Shown here: positions 56,601 to 64,000 of the stretch, piece after piece
How the letters are laid out: the number at the start of each line of letters is the position of its first letter
Numbering within the stretch: the stretch's first letter is position 1
DNA from: the human T2T-CHM13v2.0 reference genome, Homo sapiens
Reading direction: 5' to 3' (one strand)
Assembly: GCF_009914755.1 (NCBI RefSeq)
Contig: NC_060925.1
Length of the DNA: 64,000 nucleotides
Notes under the pieces: model-generated
Seen by the model: only the letters and a program-made list of their open reading frames with translations
Told to the model about the DNA's origin: nothing
Database searches by the model: none
Position numbers and translations under genes: made by a program

Positions 56601-59600
56601 CATCGAATGGAATCGAATGGAATCATCGAATGGACACGAATGGAATAATCATTGAACGGAATCGAATGGAATCATCATCGGATGGAAACGAATGGAATCA
56701 TCATCGAATGGAAATGAAAGGAGTCATCATCTAATGGAATTGCATGGAATCATCATAAAATGGAATCGAATGGAATCAACATCAAATCGAATCAAACGGA
56801 ATCATTGAACAGAATTGAATGGAATCGTCATCGAATGAATTGACTGCAATCATCGAATGGTCTCGAATGGAATCATCTTCAAATGGAATGGAATGGAATC
56901 ATCGCATAGAATCGAATGGAATTATCACCGAATGGAATCGAATGGAATCAACATCAAACGGAAAAAAACGGAATTATCGAATGGAATCGAAGAGAATCAT
57001 CGAATGGACCCGAATGGAATCATCTAATGGAATGGAATGGAATAATCCATGGACTCGAATGCAATCATCATCGAATGGAATCGAATGGAATCATCGAATG
57101 AACTCGAATGGAATCATCATTGAATGGAATCGAATGGAATCATCGAGTGGAATCGAATGGAATTATGATCAAATGGAATCGAATGTAATCATCATCAAAT
57201 GGAATCAAAAATAACCATCATCAATTGGTATTGAATGGAATTGTCATCAAATGGAATTCAAAGGAATCATCATCAAATGGAACCGAATGGAATCCTCATT
57301 GAATGGAAATGAAAGGGGTGATCATCTAATGGAATCGCATGGAATCATCATCAAATGGAATCGAATGGAATCATCATCAAATGGAATCTAATGGAATCAT
57401 TGAACAGAATTGAATGGAATCGTCATCGAATGAATTGAATGCAATCATCGAATGGTCTCGAATGGAATCATCTTCTAATGGAAAGGAATGGAATCATCGC
57501 ATAGAATCGAATGGAATTATCATCGAATGGAATCGAATGGTATCAACACCAAACGGAAAAAAACGGAATTATCGAATGGAATCGAAGAGAATCTTCGAAC
57601 GGACCCGAATGGAATCATCTAATGGAATGGAATGGAATAATCCATGGACTCGAATGCAATCATCATCGAATGGAATCGAATGGAATCATCGAATGGACTC
57701 GAATGGAATAATCATTGAAAGGAATCGAATGGAATCATCATCGGATGGAAACGAATGGAATCATCATCGAATGGAAATGAAAGGAGTCATCATCTAATGC
57801 AATTGCATGGAATCATCATCAAACGGAATCGAATGGAATCAACATCAAATGGAATCTAATGGAATCATTGAACAGAATTGAATGGAATCGTCATCGAATG
57901 AATTGACTGCAATCATCGAATGGTCTCGAATGGAATCATCTTCAAATGGAATGGAATGGAATCATCGCATAGAATCGAATGGAATTATCATCGAATGGAA
58001 TCGAATGGAATCAACATCAAACGGAAAAAAACGGAATTATCGAATGGAATCGAAGAGAATCATCGAATGGACCCGAATGGAATCATCTAATGGAATGGAA
58101 TGGAATAATCCATGGACTCGAATGCAATCATCATCGAATGGAATCGAATGGAATCATCGAGTGGACTCGAATGGAATAATCATTGAACGGAATCGAATGG
58201 AATCATCATCGGATGGAAATGAATGGAATCATCATCGAATGGAATCGAATAGAATTATGGAATTAAATCCAGTGTGATCATCATCGAATGGACCCGAATG
58301 GAATCATCATCCAACGGAAGCTAATGGAATCAACATCGAATGAATCAAATGGAAACACCATCGAATTGAAACGAATGGAATTATCATGAAATTGAAATGG
58401 ATGGACTCATCATCGAATGGATTCGAATGGAATCATCGAATAAAATTGATTGAAATCATCATCGAATGGAATCGAATGGTATCATTGAATGGAATCGAAT
58501 GGAATCATCATCAGATGGAAATGAATGGAATCGTCATAGAATGGAATCGAATGGATTCATTGAATGGAATCAGATGGAATCATCGAATGGACTGGAATGG
58601 AATCATTGAATGGACTCGAAAGGGATCATGATTGAATGGAATTGAATGGAATCATCGAATGGTCTCGATTGGAATCATTATCAAATGGAATCGAATGGAA
58701 TCACCGAATAGAATCGAATGGAACAATCATCGAATGGACTCAAATGGAATTATCCTCAAATGGAATCGAATGGAATTATCGAATGCAATCGAATGGAATT
58801 ATCGAATGCAATCGAATAGAATCATCGAATGGACTCGAATGGAATCATCGAATGGAATGGAATGGAACAGTCAATGAACTCGAATGGAATCATCATTGAA
58901 TGGAATCGAATGGAATCATCGAGTGGAATCGAATGGAATTATGATCAAATGGAATCGAATGTAATCATCATCAAATGGAATCAAAAATAACCATCATCAA
59001 TTGGTATTGAATGGAATTGTCATCAAATGGAATTCAAGGGAATCATCATCAAATGGAACCGAATGGAATCCTCATTGAATGGAAATGAAAGGGGTCATCA
59101 TCTAATGGAATCGCATGGAATCATCATCAAATGGAATCGAATGGAATCATCATCAAATGGAATCTAATGGAATCATTGAACAGAATTGAATGGAATCGTC
59201 ATCGAATGAATTGAATGCAATCATCGAATGGTCTCGAATGGAATCATCTTCTAATGGAAAGGAATGGAATCATCGCATAGAATCGAATGGAATTATCATC
59301 GAATGGAATCGAATGGTATCAACACCAAACGGAAAAAAACGGAATTATCGAATGGAATCGAAGAGAATCTTCGAACGGACCCGAATGGAATCATCTAATG
59401 GAATGGAATGGAATAATCCATGGACTCGAATGCAATCATCATCGAATGGAATCGAATGGAATCATCGAATGGACTCGAATGGAATAATCATTGAACGGAA
59501 TCGAATGGAATCATCATCGGATGGAAACGAATGGAATCATCATCGAATGGAAATGAAAGGAGTCATCATCTAATGGAATTGCATGGAATCATCATAAAAT

Positions 59601-62600
59601 GGAATCGAATGGAATCAACATCAAATGGAATCAAATGGAATCATTGAACGGAATTGAATGGAATCGTCATCGAATGAATTGACTGCAATCATCGAATGGT
59701 CTCGAATGGAATCATCTTCAAATGGAATGGAATGGAATCATCGCATAGAATCGAATGGAATTATCATCGAATGGAATGGAATGGAATCAACATCAAACGG
59801 AAAAAAACGGAATTATCGAATGGAATCGAAGAGAATCATCGAATGGACCCGAATGGAATCATCTAATGGAATGGAATGGAATAATCCATGGACTCGAATG
59901 CAATCATCATCCAATGGAATCGAATGGAATCATCGAATGGACTCGAATGGAATAATCATTGAACGGAATCGAATGGAATCATCATCGGATGGAAATGAAT
60001 GGAATCATCATCGAATGGAATCGAATAGAATTATGGAATGAAATCCAGTGTGATCATCATCGAATGGACCCGAATGGAATCATCATCCAACGGAAGCTAA
60101 TGGAATCAACATCGAATGAATCGAATGGAAACACCATCGAATTGAAACGAATGGAATTATCATGAAATTGAAATGGATGGACTCATCATCGAATGGATTC
60201 GAATGGAATCATCGAATAAAATTGATTGAAATCATCATCGAATGGAATCGAATGGTATCATTGAATGGAATCGAATGGAATCATAATCAGATGGAAATGA
60301 ATGGAATCGTCATAGAATGGAATCGAATGGATTCATTGAATGGAATCAGATGGAATCATCGAATGGACTGGAATGGAATCATTGAATGGACTTGAAAGGG
60401 ATCATGATTGAATGGAATTGAATGGAATCATCGAATGGTCTCGATTGGAATCATTATCAAATGGAATCGAATGGAATCACCGAATAGAATCGAATGGAAC
60501 AATCATCGAATGGACTCAAATGGAATTATCCTCCAATGGAATCGAATGGAATTATCGAATGCAATCGAATGGAATTATCGAATGCAATCGAATAGAATCA
60601 TCGAATGGACTCGAATGGAATCATCGAATGGAATGGAATGGAACAGTCAATGAACACGAATGGAATCATCATTGAATGGAATCGAATGGAATCATCGAGT
60701 GGAATCGAATGGAATTATGATCAAATGGAATCGAATGTAATCATCATCAAATGGAATCAAAAATAACCATCATCAATTGGTATTGAATGGAATTGTCATC
60801 AAATGGAATTCAAAGGAATCATCATCAAATGGAACCGAATGGAATCCTCATTGAATGGAAATGAAAGGGGTCATCGTCTTATGGAATCGCATGGAATCAT
60901 CATCAAATGGAATCGAATGGAATCATCATCAAATGGAATCTAATGGAATCATTGAACAGAATTGAATGGAATCGTCATCGAATGAATTGAATGCAATCAT
61001 CGAATGGTCTCGAATGGAATCATCTTCTAATGGAAAGGAATGGAATCATCGCATAGAATCGAATGGAATTATCATCGAATGGAATCGAATGGTATCAACA
61101 CCAAACGGAAAAAAACGGAATTATCGAATGGAATCGAAGAGAATCTTCGAACGGACCCGAATGGAATCATCTAATGGAATGGAATGGAATAATCCATGGA
61201 CTCGAATGCAATCATCATCGAATGGAATCGAATGGAATCATCGAATGGACTCGAATGGAATAATCATTGAAAGGAATCGAATGGAATCATCATCGGATGG
61301 AAACGAATGGAATCATCATCGAATGGAAATGAAAGGAGTCATCATCTAATGCAATTGCATGGAATCATCATCAAATGGAATCGAATGGAATCAACATCAA
61401 ATGGAATCTAATGGAATCATTGAACAGAATTGAATGGAATCGTCATCGAATGAATTGACTGCAATCATCGAATGGTCTCGAATGGAATCATCTTCAAATG
61501 GAATGGAATGGAATCATCGCATAGAATCGAATGGAATTATCATCGAATGGAATCGAATGGAATCAACATCAAACGGAAAAAAACGGAATTATCGAATGGA
61601 ATCGAAGAGAATCATCGAATGGACCCGAATGGAATCATCTAATGGAATGGAATGGAATAATCCATGGACTCGAATGCAATCATCATCGAATGGAATCGAA
61701 TGGAATCATCGAGTGGACTCGAATGGAATAATCATTGAACGGAATCGAATGGAATCATCATCGGATGGAAATGAATGGAATCATCATCGAATGGAATCGA
61801 ATAGAATTATGGAATTAAATCCAGTGTGATCATCATCGAATGGACCCGAATGGAATCATCATCCAACGGAAGCTAATGGAATCAACATCGAATGAATCGA
61901 ATGGAAACACCATCGAATTGAAACGAATGGAATTATCATGAAATTGAAATGGATGGACTCATCATCGAATGGATTCGAATGGAATCATCGAATAAAATTG
62001 ATTGAAATCATCATCGAATGGAATCGAATGGTATCATTGAATGGAATCGAATGGAATCATCATCAGATGGAAATGAATGGAATCGTCATAGAATGGAATC
62101 GAATGGATTCATTGAATGGAATCAGATGGAATCATCGAATGGACTGGAATGGAATCATTGAATGGACTCGAAAGGGATCATGATTGAATGGAATTGAATG
62201 GAATCATCGAATGGTCTCGATTGGAATCATTATCAAATGGAATCGAATGGAATCACCGAATAGAATCGAATGGAACAATCATCGAATGGACTCAAATGGA
62301 ATTATCCTCAAATGGAATCGAATGGAATTATCGAATGCAATCGAATGGAATTATCGAATGCAATCGAATAGAATCATCGAATGGACTCGAATGGAATCAT
62401 CGAATGGAATGGAATGGAACAGTCAATGAACTCGAATGGAATCATCATTGAATGGAATCGAATGGAATCATCGAGTGGAATCGAATGGAATTATGATCAA
62501 ATGGAATCGAATGTAATCATCATCAAATGGAATCAAAAATAACCATCATCAATTGGTATTGAATGGAATTGTCATCAAATGGAATTCAAAGGAATCATCA

Positions 62601-64000
62601 TCAAATGGAACCGAATGGAATCCTCATTGAATGGAAATGAAAGGGGTCATCATCTAATGGAATCGCATGGAATCATCATCAAATGGAATCGAATGGAATC
62701 ATCATCAAATGGAATCTAATGGAATCATTGAACAGAATTGAATGGAATCGTCATCGAATGAATTGAATGCAATCATCGAATGGTCTCGAATGTAATCATC
62801 TTCTAATGGAAAGGAATGGAATCATCGCATAGAATCGAATGGAATTATCATCGAATGGAATCGAATGGTATCAACACCAAACGGAAAAAAACGGAATTAT
62901 CGAATGGAATCGAAGAGAATCTTCGAACGGACCCGAATGGAATCATCTAATGGAATGGAATGGAATAATCCATGGACTCGAATGCAATCATCATCGAATG
63001 GAATCGAATGGAATCATCGAATGGACTCGAATGGAATAATCATTGAACGGAATCGAATGGAATCATCATCGGATGGAAACGAATGGAATCATCATCGAAT
63101 GGAAATGAAAGGAGTCATCATCTAATGGAATTGCATGGAATCATCATAAAATGGAATCGAATGGAATCAACATCAAATCGAATCAAACGGAATCATTGAA
63201 CGGAATTGAATGGAATCGTCATCGAATGAATTGACTGCAATCATCGAATGGTCTCGAATGGAATCATCTTCAAATGGAATGGAATGGAATCATCGCATAG
63301 AATCGAATGGAATTATCACCGAAAGCAATTGAATGGAATCAACATCAAACGGAAAAAAACGGAATTATCGAATGGAATCGAAGAGAATCATCGAATGGAC
63401 CCGAATGGAATCATCTAATGGAATGGAATGGAATAATCCATGGACTCGAATGCAATCATCATCGAATGGAATCAAATGGAATCATCGAATGAACTCGAAT
63501 GGAATCATCATTGAATGGAATCGAATGGAATCATCGAGTGGAATCGAATGGAATTATGATCAAATGGAATCGAATGTAATCATCATCAAATGGAATCAAA
63601 AATAACCATCATCAATTGGTATTCAATGGAATTGTCATCAAATGGAATTCAAAGGAATCATCATCAAATGGAACCGAATGGAATCCTCATTGAATGGAAA
63701 TGAAAGGGGTCATCATCTAATGGAATCACATGGAATCATCATCAAATTGAAACGAATGGAATCTTCATCAAATGGAATCTAATGGAATCATTGAACAGAA
63801 TTGAATGGAATCGTCATCGAATGAATTGAATGCAATCATCGAATGGTCTCGAATGGAATCATCTTCTAATGGAAAGGAATGGAATCATCGCATAGAATCG
63901 AATGGAATTATCATCGAATGGAATCGAATGGTATCCACACCAAACGGAAAAAAACGGAATTATCGAAAGGAATCGAAGAGAATCTTCGAACGGACCCGAA
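40650..64000 (+). repeat. Second copy of a >=23-kb near-identical duplication of ~4000-27354 (offset 36,646 bp)
   Basis: Rare variant ORFs and unit lengths recur at +36,646: 4226/40872, 8522/45168, 10908/47554, 14377/51023, 18397/55043, 21236/57882 and 26661/63307. Confidence 0.93.

Larger units (their letters stand above)
1..64000 (+). repeat. Human Satellite II (HSat2/HSATII) pericentromeric tandem array, GGAAT strand on +
   Basis: Continuous diverged (GGAAT)n with frequent CGAAT and ATCATC motifs (e.g. ggaatcatcgaatggaatcgaatggaatcatc). The high TCGA density and ATC triplet inserts distinguish HSat2 from HSat3. No non-satellite sequence was seen anywhere in the window. Confidence 0.97.

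Noticed and set aside
112-63605. Hundreds of 60-135 aa ORFs (MESSSNEL..., MELSSNGIEW...)
   Set aside because: They are low-complexity translations of GGAAT/CGAAT/ATC repeats, overlap in several frames, and are opened or closed by random SNPs. There is no domain, splice or promoter evidence. They are typical spurious satellite ORFs.
1-64000. All ORFs lie on the + strand, resembling an operon
   Set aside because: This is explained by composition: the GGAAT strand is rich in ATG, while the reverse strand has frequent TGA from (TCA)n. It only shows that there is no inversion in the window.
1-64000. CRISPR-like or other repeat-spacer system
   Set aside because: There are no unique spacers, as the sequence between motifs is itself repeated satellite. 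No cas or other genes are present.
1-64000. HSat3, alpha satellite or telomeric repeat; embedded Alu/L1/LTR insertions
   Set aside because: There are no long pure GGAAT runs or CAACCCGAGT-type HSat3 motif, no 171-bp monomer and no TTAGGG array. I saw no non-satellite insert or poly(A) tail.

Overview
The whole 64-kb window is one uninterrupted, single-orientation array of human Satellite II (HSat2/HSATII). It is built from GGAAT pentamers interspersed with CGAAT and ATC triplets (motif GGAATCATCGAATGGAATCGAAT; CATTC-rich on the minus strand). The dominant unit is 1,776 bp with one EcoRI site, which matches the classic 1.77-kb chromosome 1q12 pericentromeric satellite (pUC1.77/D1Z1; HSat2A-type). 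That chromosome assignment comes from prior knowledge and cannot be proven here. I find no credible protein-coding gene, RNA gene, transposon or CRISPR array. All listed ORFs are translation artefacts of the repeat. I also found no evidence of a novel gene system. What is of interest is the nested architecture: 5-bp, 23/26-bp, 147-bp and 468-bp sub-repeats; 1,776-bp units; recurrent length variants (595, 1,063, 1,285, 1,306/1,308, 1,774, 2,199 and 2,391 bp); an older ~6.4-kb duplication; a rearranged duplication at offsets of ~24-27.5 kb; and a near-identical 36,646-bp macro-duplication. There is also a rare divergent subunit ('C'). Offsets were derived by hand from ORF-track coordinates and spot-checked variants, not from an alignment.
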